From: Octopus sinensis
Taxonomy: Eukaryota
Direction of reading: 5' to 3'
Assembly: GCF_006345805.1 (NCBI RefSeq)
Contig: NC_043023.1
Span: 13,268,001-13,332,000, forward strand
DNA length: 64,000 bases
This document shows, one piece after another, positions 1 through 12,329 of this stretch. The position numbers were made by a program, and so were the translations under genes. The notes under the pieces were generated by a model. The model was not told the DNA's origin. It made no database searches and was given only the letters and a program-made list of their open reading frames with translations. The first letter of the stretch is position 1, and the number at the start of each line of letters is the position of its first letter.

Positions 1-40
1 TATGTATATATATATATGTATGTGTGTGGATATGTTTGTG

Positions 41-1250
41 TGTGTGTTTGTCCCCCTAGCATTGCTTGACAACCGATGCTGGTGTGTTTACGTCCCCGTC
101 ACTTAGCAGTTCAGCAAAAGAAACCGATAGAATAAGTACTGGGCTTACAAAAGAATAAGTCCCGGGGTCGATTCTTGACAACCGATGCTGATGTGTTTAT
201 GTCCCCGTTACTTAGCAGTTCAGCAAAAGAGACCGATAGAATAAGTACTGGGCTTACAAAGAATAAGTCCCGGGGTCGAGTTGCTCAACTAAAGGCGGTG
301 CTCCAGCATGGCCGCAGTCAAATGACTGAAACAAGTAAAAGAGTAAAAGAGAGTATCTGCTAATTTCTGATATTTTAGTTTTTTTTTGTCTCAGTTAAAA
401 GACATTTCACTTCATGAAGTGACTACACCATGTAGCTGTACAAAACCATTTTCCTCCATGAATCAGTGACTTTGAAGTCTTTTGCTGAGCTCTTTGTTGG
501 CTTTTGCCCACAAAAGTGCACAAATGCGTATTTTATTTCCTGAAACAATGAATCCATTTTGACGCTGCTCACGGACCAAGTCTGCTACATGCTTCCCTAG
601 AATCGGCCAGTGTGCAGTACCTCCTCTCATGGTACATTTTGTCCTGCGTATACTCCTTAATAAATCTTTTATTATAAATATTAATTATATCTATATTTTT
701 TGTTATTTATGTATTGTTTTATGTCTATCACTGTTTGAGTTGCTTAATCGTGGTTTTATCTCTAATTTAATTTATATTTTTATTTTTATATTTATACTCT
801 CTTTTACTTGTTTCAGTCATTTGACTGCGGCCATGCTGGAGCACCACCTTTTAGTCGAGCAAATCGACCCTGGGACTTATTCTTTGTAAGCCCAGTACTT
901 ATTCTATAGGTCTCTTTTGCCGAACTGCTAAGTTTGCTCTTTTTACTTGTTTCAGTCACTTGACTGCAGCCATGCTGGAGCACCGCCTTTAGTCGAGCAA
1001 ATCGACTCCGGAACTTATTCTTTGTAAGCCCAGTACTTATTCTATCGGTCTCTTTTGCCGAACCGCTAAGTGACGGGGATGTAAACACACCAGCATCGGT
1101 TGTCAAGCAATGCTAGGGGGACAAACACACACATACATATATATATACACATATATACGACGGGCTTCTTTCAGTTTCTGTCTACCAAATCCACTCACAA
1201 GGCATTGGTCGGCCCGGGGCTATAGCAGAAGACACTTGCCCAAGATGTAA
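41..1250. mobile_element. SINE family A fragments (plus copy 41-353; minus copies ~785-1250)
   Basis: Same body (gtccccctagcattgcttgacaaccgatgctgg...ggtgctccagcatggccgcagtcaaatgactgaaacaagtaaaagag) recurs at more than 8 places in the window. Confidence 0.85.
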
Positions 1251-1275
1251 ATATTTTTCATACTTACATTAAATT

Positions 1276-1384
1276 CTCTGAAGAGGCCGTGAGACATTCT
1301 TGTTAATGTCTCATTTATACCTGCTTTATATGGCTAATAGGTTAAATGGGACATACCTGTCTTCACGGCCGAAACAGCTGTCAG
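1276..1384 (+). ncRNA. Hammerhead ribozyme motif, Penelope-like minimal type with enlarged helix II
   Basis: CTGAAGA 1278-1284; helix II GGCCGTGA 1285-1292 / TCACGGCC 1363-1370; GAAAC 1371-1375; palindromic helix III ACAGCTGT; GTC cleavage triplet 1380-1382; 2-bp helix I CT/AG. Confidence 0.6.
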
Positions 1385-1589
1385 CTACGATGTAATTGTA
1401 TTTTCTATTTCTATTTCTATGTCTAGTTATATTTGTAATATATTATGTATAATGTCATTGCTGTTGTGTAATGGTTTAATAAAGTATTGATTGGGTATTA
1501 TCTGATGGTTGATGATTGATTTAGGTATGTTTCTCCATTTTCTCATTTTGTATATATATATATATATGGCGATTTTTTTTCCTCTGTCT

Positions 1590-1934
1590 TCCTTTCTCTA
1601 GATCTTTCCTTATCCTATGTTTTCGATGAAGAGCTCCGCTCGAAACGTTAAACCCTCCTTCTTTCCTGAGCGTTCAATAATACTATATTTGTTCCATGTC
1701 CTCGCGTTGTTGTGTTTTTTTGTGCTTTCTTGTTTGGATTAACTATATATATATATATATATATACCTTTGAAACACCCATTGAGTCGAACCAGGGGCAG
1801 CCGATGAAGGGGAATATTCCTTGTATTGTTTGTCTTGTACTCTATTTTTTCGTTGTTAAAAAAAGTCCGCTTCCTTGTTTGTTTTTATATTTTCATTTCT
1901 CGTTGTGTTCTACGTTTATTTGTGGTGTCCTGTA

Positions 1935-1974
<40 letters not shown>

Positions 1975-2584
1975 TGTATATATACATATAGATGTAGGTA
2001 TGTACATATATGTATGTATGTATGCATATGTTTTATTTATTAAATTGTGTATATATATGTATATTAGAAGAAATGAGGTACTCAGAAATTCGGATGGTTT
2101 TATATTTACAGATATTTATTTGTATATTACATGTTTTTATTCATCATATAACTTATATATCATATATCATATATAAGCGCTTTTGTCCATTGTAGTGGAG
2201 TCGTCAAATTGAACTAAGTTCTTGCAGGAATTTGGACTCTTTTTATAGTGTTATTGAGTGTGTAGTGATGGGGAGAGATATAAGATAGTACCAGAGGGTG
2301 ATGAATGGGGAGAAAGTGAGAGAGAGCACGTGTGTTTTTGTATCTGAAGGAGGTGTTAAAGAAAGAAGAAAAAATTTTTTGTTGATCTCTTTGCAGCTGG
2401 TCAGGTTGACAATAACAATCAACTGTTTACTCCAAGGGGGGAAAAATGTCACTTTTTAAAAAATTGTCTGGATTTCTTTTTTATAACATACAAATAAATA
2501 TCTGTAAATATAAAACCATCTGAATTTCTGAGTACCTCATTTCTTCTAATATAAAATACCTGTACATCATCTCCGAACCTTCTA

Positions 2585-2600
<16 letters not shown>
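1590..2600. mobile_element. Probable Penelope-like element debris with inverted segment
   Basis: Degenerate core cgatgaa-gagc-tcc-gctc-gaaacgtt at 1624-1649; ~2063-2125 is inverted at ~2485-2552; related block at 16490-16660. Confidence 0.4.
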
Positions 2601-2655
<55 letters not shown>

Positions 2656-2676
2656 ATATATATATCAGTCAAAAAA

Positions 2677-3168
2677 TCAATGGCAATTGTAGTTGTGATA
2701 CCAGTGCCGGTGGCACATAAAAAGCACCATCCAAACATGGCTGTTGCCAGCACTAACTTGCCTGGCTTCCATGCCGGTGGCACGTAAAAAGCACCAACCA
2801 ATCGTGGCCATTGCCAGCCCCGCCTGGCACATAAAAAGCACCCACTACCCTCACGGAGTAGTTGGCGTTAGCAAGAACATCCAGCTGTAGAAACACTGCC
2901 AGATCAGACTGGAGCCTGGTGTAGCCTCCTGGCTTCCCAGACCCCGGTCGAACTGTCCAACCCGTGCTAGCATGGAAAACGATGATGATGATGCGTGCCA
3001 GTGGCATGTAAAAGCACCCACTACACTCTCACAGTGGTTGGCATTAGGATGGGCATCCACCTGTAGAAACCCTGCCAGATCAGATTGAATTCTGGTTCGC
3101 CAGACCTCAGTCAAATCGTTCAACCCATGCTAGCATGGAAAGCGGACATTAAATGATGATGATGATGA
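2677..3168 (+). mobile_element. RTE LINE 3'UTR fragments (two)
   Basis: Match the 3'UTR of the RTE copy at 63158-63859; end in catgctagcatggaaa...(gat)n. Confidence 0.85.
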
Positions 3169-3715
3169 TATATATATATAGATATGTGTAAATGTTGGTA
3201 TGTGTAAGCATATATATTTGTACAAAGGTATCTGTATATGTGTGCGTGTGTATATATATATATATGTATATATAATATTAGGGAGTAAATCCAAACTTAC
3301 AGGGAAAAATTAGATTTAGGATTAAGAGATAAAACCACTATTCAGCAAATCAAACATTGAAAATCATAAGCCAATACGTAGAAATAAAATTAATAAAATA
3401 TATAAAAAATATAAAATTAAAATATTGAAATTAAAAATTTAAAAAATTATTTAAATTAATAATTTAAACTTATAAATCTTAAATATATATATTTTATTAT
3501 TTATTTATTTAAAAATTTTTTTAAAATTATATAACTATCAAAAAGTATAAAAATTTAATACAGATAAAGAGTAAATATTTTAATTTGGAATTTTATATTT
3601 TATGTTTTTTATATATTTTATTAATTAATTTTATTTCTATGTATTGGCTTATGATTTTCACTGTTTGATTTGCCGAATAGTGGTTTTATCTCTAATTTAA
3701 TAATATATATATATA

Positions 3716-4103
3716 GGCGCAGGTATGGCTGTGTGGTAAGTAGCTTGCTTACCAACCACATGGTTCCGGGTTCAGTCCCATTGTGTGGCACCTTGGGCAA
3801 GTGTCTTCTACTATAGCCTCGGGCCGACCAATGCCTTGTGAGTGGATTTGGTAGACGGAAACTGAAAGAAGCCCGTCGTATATATGTATATATGTGTGCG
3901 TATGTGTTTGTCCCCCTAGCATTGCTTGACAACCGATGCTGGTGTGTTTACGTCCCCGTCACTTAGTGGTTCGGCAAAAGAGACCGATAGAATAAGTACT
4001 GGGCTTACAAAGAATAAGTCCCGGGGTTGATTTGCTCGACTAAAGGCGGTGCTCCAGCATGGCCGCATTCAAATGACTGAAACAAGTAAAAGAGTAAAAA
4101 GAG
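3716..4103 (+). mobile_element. Full-length tRNA-derived SINE family A
   Basis: Head ggcgcagg..tggctgtgtggtaag (A-box-like) and ggttcagtccc (B-box-like), internal (TA)n, 3' body ending aaaagag. Confidence 0.9.
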
Positions 4104-4346
4104 TATATATATATATATATATATGCACACATAAGCGATTGTTAGGTGGGTGTATTTACACGTATTTTAGGTGAATTAGCTATGTACATATGTGTGTTTA
4201 ATTAGATGTGAAGGTGTATATGACATTGCATATTTGGATGCACATATATTTGTACAAATATATATTCATACACAATTCCTTATTGTGTGTATGCGTATGT
4301 AGGTGTCTTATGTCTCTGCGCGTGTAACTTTATATACTAGTGTATA

Positions 4347-4950
4347 TCATTATCATCATCATTTAGCATCCGCTTTCCATGCTAGCATGGGTTGGACGGT
4401 TCGACCGGGGATCTGGGAAGCCAGAAGGCTGCACCAGGCTCCAGTCTTATCTGGCAGTGTTTCTACAGCTGGATGCCCTTCCTAACGCCAACCACTCCGT
4501 AAGTGTAGTGGGTGCTTTTTACGTGCCACCTGCACAGATGCCAGGTGAGGCTGGCAATGGCTACGGTCGGATTGGTGCATTTTATGTGCCACCGGCACGG
4601 AAGCCAGTCGAGGCGGCACTGGCTTCGGCCACGATTCGGTTGGTGCTTTTTACGTGCTACCAACACAGCTGGCAAACGGGCACGATCGGATGGTGCTTTT
4701 TACATGCCACTGGCACGGAGGCCAGACGAGGCTGGCAAACGGCCACAATCGGATTGTGTTTGTTACGTGCCACCAGCACAGAAGCCAGGCGAGTCTGGCA
4801 ACGGCCACGAACGGATGAGGCCTTTTTTTACGTGCCACCGGCACAAGGCCAGTCGGGGCGGTTCTGGCAACGGCCACATTCAGATGGTTCTCTTACATAC
4901 CACCGGCACTGGTATCACAGCTGCAATTTCCATTGATGTTGATCGATTTC
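4347..4950 (-). mobile_element. RTE LINE 3'UTR with internal ~60-bp repeats
   Basis: Reverse complement of the 63158-63859 3'UTR; (cat)n tail at 4347-4362. Confidence 0.85.
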
Positions 4951-4984
4951 AAGTAGTTATTTTGTCTGCTTGCTAATCCTCCTT

Positions 4985-5572
4985 AAGGCTATTTTTGTCT
5001 TCAAGGAACCGATACAGGTTGGCACCTGTGGCTTCACAACTCATTTCAACAGCTGAGTGAACAGGAGCAACATGAAATAAAGTGCCTTGCAGTGGAGGCG
5101 CAATGGCCCAGTGGTTAGGGCAGTGGACTCCGGTCATAAGATCGCGGTTTCGATTCCCAGACCGGGCGTTGTGAGTGTTTATTGAGCGAAAACACCTAAA
5201 GCTCCACGAGGCTCCGGCAGGGGATGGTGGTGATCCCTGCTGTACTCTTTCTCTCACTATTACTTCCCGTTTCTGTTGTACCTGTATTTCAAAGGGCCGG
5301 CCTTGTCACTCTCTGTGTCACGCTGAATATCCCCGAGAACTATGTTAAGGGTGCACGTGTCTGTGGAGTGCTCAGCCACTTACACGTTAATTTCACGAGC
5401 AGGCTGTTCCGTTGATTTGGATCAACCGGAACCCTCATCGTCGTAACCGACGGAGTGCTTCCATCCAAAGTGCCTTGCTCAAGAACATAACACGCAGCTC
5501 AGTCCAGGATTTGAGCTCACAACCTCGATCGTAAGGTCGAAGCTGTAATCACTGAGCCATGCGCCTCTCACA
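4985..5572 (-). mobile_element. SINE family H interrupted by a plus-strand SINE family B (5091-5466)
   Basis: 12-bp TSD aaagtgccttgc at 5079-5090 and 5467-5478; B head has TGGCCCAGTGG and GTTTCGATTCC boxes. Confidence 0.85.
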
Positions 5573-5669
5573 CGGACACACATATCTTATTGACATCTTT
5601 ATCATTTCAGAAACAAAGTAAATTGTATTTACAAACCTTAGTTTCATCCTATTGCCAGTTATAAGACAT

Positions 5670-5781
5670 AAGTAGTCCCACTGCGTGGCATCTTGGGCAG
5701 GTGTCTTCTGCTATAGCCCCGGGCCGACCAATACCATGTGAGTGGATTTGGTAGACAGAAACTGAAAGAAGCCTGTCGTTG

Positions 5782-5819
<38 letters not shown>

Positions 5820-6115
5820 CCTGCTCGCTTAGCCAGCGGGGTGGCGTTATTCGAAGGTTAAAACAATGCGAACGCATTGTGACCAGAGATGTGTAACAAC
5901 ATCTGATGGTCTGGTCGGTCACGTGATATATATATGTATGAGTCTGTGTGTATGTTTGTCCCCCTAGCATCGCTTGACAAACGATGCTGGTGTGTTTACG
6001 TCCCCGTCACTTAGCGGTTTGGCAAAAGAATAAGTCCCGTGGTCGATTTGCTCGCTTAAAGGCAGTGCTCCAGCATGGCCGCAGTCAAAATGACTGAAAC
6101 AAGTAAAATAGAGAA
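5670..6115 (+). mobile_element. SINE family A with an inserted SINE tail fragment (5817-5926)
   Basis: Family A head and body; insert is the reverse complement of 10210-10320. Confidence 0.75.
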
Positions 6116-6492
6116 AGAGATACCTTCCCCTATTTACTTCCTTCATTTTCTCTCACCTTGTCTCGTCTCCTACCCACCCACACATTCTAGCAGCCGTTTT
6201 AACGAGAGCAGGTACTACTCACTCATCTGGCAAAATCAGGTTGAGTCACCTGGATTTATGTTCTGTTTTCTGAGAAGTTCTAATTGCTAATTCTTACCTT
6301 TATTCACCTGATTGAAATGGTTGTCTTGCAGGATGTAGCACTTTTGTTCATCAGTAAAGAACATGTTTGAAACAGCTATAGTGAACCACAGACCGTCCGT
6401 GTTATTAATTACTCTTCACCATACTCAGAACATTCTTTTGGTTTATTTGCTTCTGAAGTCTACAGTGGAATACGGATGTATGCATAATTTAA

Positions 6493-6701
6493 CCCTTTAG
6501 TATTCAAACCGGCCATAATATTTAATCTGTTTTATGTTCAAACTGACCAGATCCAGGCTCTCACACCTACCCTACAATGTTATTCTACATTAAGTAATTA
6601 CACCATCAAGATCTTGAAGATATGAGATAATGCATGATTAATTCAAATCAATGTGAATCAATAAGCACTATGTTTGATAGAATAATCAGAACACTAAAGG
6701 G
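6493..6701. mobile_element. piggyBac-like MITE
   Basis: TTAA|ccctttagt ... actaaaggg|TTAA (TSDs 6489-6492, 6702-6705). Confidence 0.8.
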
Positions 6702-7101
6702 TTAAAGGACAAATCCGTAAATAATTTAGTAAGTATATATATGTCAGTGTACGCTGTGGGTACATAGGTGGGCTATCCACAACTCTACATTGATGTTTTA
6801 CTATTTAAACGAGGTAGGAGCATGAAGGTTAAAGGATGAAGATGATGATGAAAACACAAGACCAAATCAATGTCACTTAAATCTTTTATTCATTATTCTC
6901 TCACAAATTCTTAAAAACTCCAGCACAATCCTCTTCAAAAATCAAAGTTCTCACTGTGCTGATATATTTATGATACTGAAGTTGATATTCATGAAAGTGA
7001 ATTTCAATACATTAAGCTTGAAGAGGAATAAACCTTTTCTGGTAGAAGACGAAAAACTCATAATTGTTGATATATTGTAATAAATTTTGATGTTGATATA
7101 T

Positions 7102-8340
7102 TTACACTTGTGTATGAATACTCAAATGTCTACTTAAGCGACCTTTTTGAGGGAATGATTTACCACAGATACCACAATGATATGGCTTCTCTCCTGTATG
7201 AACACGTTTGTGAATAGTCAACTGACTATTTCTAAAGTATGATTTACCACAGACATCACAAGGATATGGCTTCTCGCCTGTATGTGTATATTTGTGTTTA
7301 GTTAAGTCATTAGAAAAAGAGAATGATTTACCACAGGTATCACAATGGTGTGGTTTCGCACCTGTATGTGTACGTAAGTGTCTAGTGAAGGTACACCTGT
7401 TAGAGAATGATTTACTACAGATATCACAATGATATGGCTTTTCTCCTGTATGTGTAAGTTTGTGGCGAGTCAAGTCATTACGTTTAGAGAATGATTTACC
7501 ACAGATATCGCAATGGTATGGCTTCTCTCCTGTATGAATATATTTGTGTCTAGATAATTGACTACTGTTAGAGAATGATTTATCACAGATATCACAATGA
7601 CAGGGCTTCTCTCCCGTATGTGTACGGATGTGCTTAGTCAAGGCATCACTTAGAGAGAAGGATTTACCACAGATATCACAATGATAGGGCTTCTCTCCTG
7701 TATGTGTACGTTTGTGTATAATCAAGGCACCACTTCGAGAGAATGATTTACCACAAATATCACAGAATGGCGTCTCGCCTGTATGTGTAAGCTTGTGTAT
7801 AGTCAACGAATAATTTTGAGCATATGATCTACCACAAATATCACAATGATACGCCTTCTCGCCTGTATGTGTAAGTTTGTGTTTCATCAAATGACCACTC
7901 TGGGAGAATGATTTATCACAAATGTCACAATCATATGGCCTCTCGCCCGTATGTGTAAGTTTGTGTTTAGTCAAGGTACCAGTTAGAGAGAAAGATTTCC
8001 CACAGATATCACAATGATAGGGCCTCTCTCCCGTATGTGTACGGATGTGCTTAGTTAAGTAAGTACTACGAGAGAATGATTTATCACAGATATCACAATG
8101 AAATGGCTTTTCTCCTGTATGTGTATGCTTGTGTTTCGTCAAGTTACTCTTTTCAGAGAATGATTTACCACAGATATCACATGGATATGGCTTCTCCTCT
8201 GTATGAGTATGTTCATCTATAATCAAGACATCACTATCAGAGAATGATACACTGCAGGTATTAGAGTGATATGGTTTCTCACCTGTATCAGGGTTATTTG
8301 CTTCAGTTAAAGGATTCATCATGAGAGGATAATTTGTCAT
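7102..8340 (-). CDS. C2H2 zinc-finger protein ZNF1: 13 intact fingers plus one degenerate N-terminal finger, no effector domain seen
   Basis: Open frame with CxxC-x12-HxxxH repeats and TGEKP-type linkers; the track starts at GTG 8349, first ATG at 8340. Confidence 0.92.
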   Translation of the reverse strand: MTNYPLMMNPLTEANNPDTGEKPYHSNTCSVSFSDSDVLIIDEHTHTEEKPYPCDICGKSFSEKSNLTKHKHTHTGEKPFHCDICDKSFSRSTYLTKHIRTHTGERPYHCDICGKSFSLTGTLTKHKLTHTGERPYDCDICDKSFSQSGHLMKHKLTHTGEKAYHCDICGRSYAQNYSLTIHKLTHTGETPFCDICGKSFSRSGALIIHKRTHTGEKPYHCDICGKSFSLSDALTKHIRTHTGEKPCHCDICDKSFSNSSQLSRHKYIHTGEKPYHCDICGKSFSKRNDLTRHKLTHTGEKPYHCDICSKSFSNRCTFTRHLRTHTGAKPHHCDTCGKSFSFSNDLTKHKYTHTGEKPYPCDVCGKSYFRNSQLTIHKRVHTGEKPYHCGICGKSFPQKGRLSRHLSIHTQV

Positions 8341-9110
8341 AAATATCACAATGATAGTGTTTATTTCATTTCTATGAGAGTGTTTCTGTTCTGTTTTGTC
8401 ACTATTTTTAGGGAATAATTTAATGCCGTTTCTTTCAGCTGAGATCTTGCTTAATATCTAAATCAGGAGGTGACAATTGTCTACCCCCTTGTAAAGTTAT
8501 CCAAGCTTAATTAACCTGGAAAACAATCATCTCCTCTATATTCCAGACAGCAAAGACTTCAAATTGTTGCTGTTAATTCCATCGTCCAGAAGAAATATTT
8601 TGCTGTTGTTTTTCACAGATTTCCTTTATAAGACGAGTTTGATGTATTGATGAATGCTCCTTATAAATATATCATCTTCCTTTGGTTGATGGGAGCTGAT
8701 AAAATATCAGAGGCACATCTGAATGAAGTAATTTCTTTCATATCAACAGGATGTAATATTCTGAAATAGAAAAAAAAAGAAGCAGTGAGATAAAGAGAAT
8801 CATTAAACGACATAGTAATTCAACATTGCAAATATTCTTTTCTACTCAAGCCCCAAGCCCATAATTTATGGGGAGGGGCCAGGCAATTAGATTGACCCCA
8901 GTATATAAATGGTAACAATTTATTGACCTCAAAAGGATGAAACACAAAGTCGGCCTTGGGGAAATCTGAACTCAAGGTATAAAGACAGACGAACTACCGC
9001 TAAGGATTTTGCCCAACATTGCAAATATTACAACATCGGCACTGTCATACATTTAATGTTCATGTTTCTAGGGGTCAGAATCCATTGAGGCATGGAAAGA
9101 TTTACTGCCT
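8341..9110 (-). other. Shared acceptor/5'UTR block of ZNF1
   Basis: Polypyrimidine tract + CAG at 8761-8763; homologous to 32600-33165 and 55190-55720. Confidence 0.7.
8837..9013 (-). mobile_element. Old SINE family C insertion
   Basis: 16-bp TSD caacattgcaaatatt at 8821-8836 and 9014-9029; site is empty in the ZNF2 and ZNF3 paralogous blocks. Confidence 0.8.
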
Positions 9111-9152
9111 GACTGCATCTTGTGCCAGTGGCACATAATAAGTAGATATTTA

Positions 9153-10159
9153 TAAGTTCAGCAACAATTTAGATTCAAATGAATATGGTACTTAATTTAG
9201 ATGCACCAGAATTTAGTATGGTGTTATCCATAAAAACTTGCAGGGTGATTATAATCAAAAATGAGCAACAAGAATGACTAAATCTAATCTAGTTTTAAAA
9301 TTAACCCTTTCGTTACCCACCTGGCTGAAATCGGCTCTGGCTCTGAGTACAAATATCTTGTTTTCATAAGTTCTGAATTAAAATCTTCCACCAAACCTTA
9401 GTCACAATTTATGTTCCTAACACCAGCTTAATGATAACTAAGTTATTTTACGAAATTCTTTGTTATATTTAAAGTAATTGAAAGAAACACAGAGCATCTC
9501 AAAATAAATACAGTAACGAAAGGGTTAATAAAGCTATCCCCCAATTATAAAATTCTATGTCTTCTCATAATAATATTTGATATTCCCCCCCCCACACTCT
9601 TTGTAAAGGAGGTAAATGACCTTTTGACATTGACCTAGTTTCTTCTCACCATATGGCTATAGCAGTAATTGGAATTTTGTTAGTGGCAACTTGAATTCCT
9701 TTTATGGTATTCTGAAACCATCCTTATCCTATTTCCTACAACTAACTTGAATTCGTTTTATGGTATTCTGAAAACCCCTCTTACCCTCACTCATACAACT
9801 AATTAAACACAACCATAGTTTAGTCAGTTATCGGCTGGACTTCACAATCTAATTCTACATCTTTATCTGTATAACTACCTTCTCTAAAATGTTACTACTT
9901 GATTTGAAAGCTTTTGTATAATTGGAAAACCTATATAATTGGCTGATGAGCACTCAGCATCTTAAATCTGCTGTAATACTTACAACTTTTAATAAAATGT
10001 TGTAGTATGAAACAATTGTACCAAATTACCGGAGTCATTCTTGTTACTCATTTTTTATTATAATCACCCCGCAAATTTTTATGGGTAACACCATACAAAA
10101 TTCTGGTGCATCTAAATTAAGTACCATATTCATTCAAATCTAAATTGTTGCTGAACTTA
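9153..10159. mobile_element. Non-autonomous TIR element with ~127-bp TIRs
   Basis: 9153-9279 is the near-exact reverse complement of 10033-10159; AT-rich interior without ORF. Confidence 0.75.
9305..9524. mobile_element. piggyBac-like MITE nested in the 9153-10159 element
   Basis: TTAA|ccctttcgttac ... gtaacgaaaggg|TTAA. Confidence 0.85.
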
Positions 10160-10172
10160 CACACACACACAC

Positions 10173-10211
<39 letters not shown>

Positions 10212-10477
10212 CACGTGACCGACCAGTCCATCAGATGTAGTTACACATTGCTGGTCACAATGCGTTCGCATTGTTTTAGCCTTCGAATGACGCCACCCCG
10301 CTGGCTAAGCGAGCAGGCCAACAGAAGAAAGAGTGTTGAAAGAGTATAGCAGGGATCACCACCCCCTGCTGGAGCCTCGTGGAGCTTTAGGTGTTTTCGC
10401 TCAATAAACACTCACAACGCCCGGTCTGGGAATCGAAACAGCGAGTCTGCTGCCCTAACCACTGGGCCATTGCGCCT

Positions 10478-10552
<75 letters not shown>

Positions 10553-10603
10553 ATAATATATTATATATATATATATATGTATGTATGTATGTGTGTGTGT
10601 GTG

Positions 10604-10669
<66 letters not shown>

Positions 10670-10670
10670 T
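10160..10670. repeat. Microsatellites (CA)n/(TA)n/(TG)n around a minus-strand SINE (10210-10458)
   Basis: Direct reading; SINE head is the reverse complement of the family B head. Confidence 0.85.
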
Positions 10671-10827
10671 ATATAAGGGTAAAAAATTAAGGAGTGTATT
10701 CATTATATAAATATTTTGAAGATGAGAGATAAGGATGTTAGGGGACGGACGAGGCAGAAAACATTAAAACATGATACACAATAAAACCTTAGGGCCACAC
10801 GAAGATAACAATTAATAATAATAATGT

Positions 10828-12117
10828 CCCTTTATCACCCACAAGGGGCTAAACATAGAGGGGACAAACAAGGACAGACATAGGTATTAAGTCGATTATA
10901 TCGACCCTAGTGCGTAACTGGTACTTAATTTATCGACCCCGAAAGGATGAAAGGTAAAGTCGACCTCGGCGGAATTTGAACCCAGAATGTAACGGCTGAC
11001 GAAATACGGCTACGCATTCCGTCCGGCATGCTAACGTTTATGCCAGCTTGCAATAATAATAATAACAATAATTTGGAAGCACTCCGTCGGTTACGACGAC
11101 GAGGGTTCCGGTTGATCCGAATCAACGGAACAGCCTGCTTGTGAAATTAACGTGTAAGTGGCTGAGCACTCCACAGACACGTGTACCCTTAACGTAGTTC
11201 TCGGGGATATTCAGCGTAACACAGAGAGTGACAAGGCCGGCCCTTTGAAATACAGGTACAACAGAAACAGGAAGTAAGAGTGAGAGAAAGTTGTGGTGAA
11301 AGAGTACAGCAGGGATCACCACCATCCCCTGCCGGAGCCTCGTGGAGCTTTAGGTGTTTTCGCTCAATAAACACTCACAACGCCCGGTCTGGGAATCGAC
11401 ACCGCGATCCTGTGACCACGAGTCCGCTGCCCTAGCCACTGAGCCATTGCGCCTCCAATAACAATAATAATACATATACAACAAAAAATGCCACAGGGCT
11501 GAAAACAAGACAAACATGGTTAACGCGAAAGAGAAATGAAAACTGTCCCAAAGGACTATAGACATCGGAAGAATAGAGCAAAAAGCACAGGATATCGTAA
11601 CCAGTCTCTCATTTTCCTATGTTGCAGTTCTGAGGTCGATTTATTCAGCTGAGAGTTCTCGAAAGCGGAGCTCCAGCATGGACGATGTCTAATGACCGAA
11701 ACAAATAAAAGGTATTAGATTTGTTTCGCTTACTCTGGATGCCCAAGCCTATTTTTCTATCTTTCTGTGGATTGTCTTAGTTTTTATAATCAATTTCACA
11801 GATATAAAGACCCCCTTCGGTCATGAATGACCATGGGATTGTACCTAGAAAGTTACCCTCCCAGGCACAAGTCCGAGCAATTTTGTTTATGGAAGACCAG
11901 CAGTCGCCCATGCATACCAGCCTCCCCTCTCCACGCCACCAGTGTTACAGCTTGGCACCTGTGACGTCGCAACTCATTTCTACAGCTGAGTGAACTGGAG
12001 TAAAGTGAAATAAAGTGCCTTGCTCAAGAACACAACACGCAGCCCGGTCCGGGATTCGAGCTCACAACCTCACGATCGTAAGCTCGACGCGCTAACCACT
12101 GAGCCATGCGCCTTCAC
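10828..12117 (-). mobile_element. SINE cluster: family C (10828-11050), B (11074-11456), H (11809-12117)
   Basis: Each matches other copies of its family in the window. Confidence 0.85.
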
Positions 12118-12329
12118 AGATAAATGTACCTAAAACTGAAGATCGCCTAGTTTATTATGTCACAGATCTTAGGATAAAAGCCATGTGGTGACTGCTACTA
12201 ACAGCATACTAAACGAGCAGGTGAGGATGAACTAATTAAATCCTATAAAATGTTTTAGCCCGAAGGCCGCGGCCATGCTGGGGCACCACCGCTGGATTTC
12301 TGAATTTCTTTAAAAGAGACAGCAAAAGA

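Noticed and set aside
1624-1650. Active hammerhead
   Set aside because: Core reads TCGATGAA rather than CTGANGA and helix I is unclear; kept only as Penelope-like debris
4379-4976. Repetitive VGAFYVPPA.. ORFs (also 57821-58276, 63547-63822)
   Set aside because: Chance frames in the tandem repeats of the RTE 3'UTR
5091-5170. tRNA genes at SINE heads
   Set aside because: A/B boxes present but they run into SINE bodies with TSDs and no clear cloverleaf
6915-7030. Plus-strand remnant ..DTEVDIHESEFQYIKLEEE* as a terminal exon
   Set aside because: Frame broken, no clear acceptor or partner exons; cannot be supported without a search
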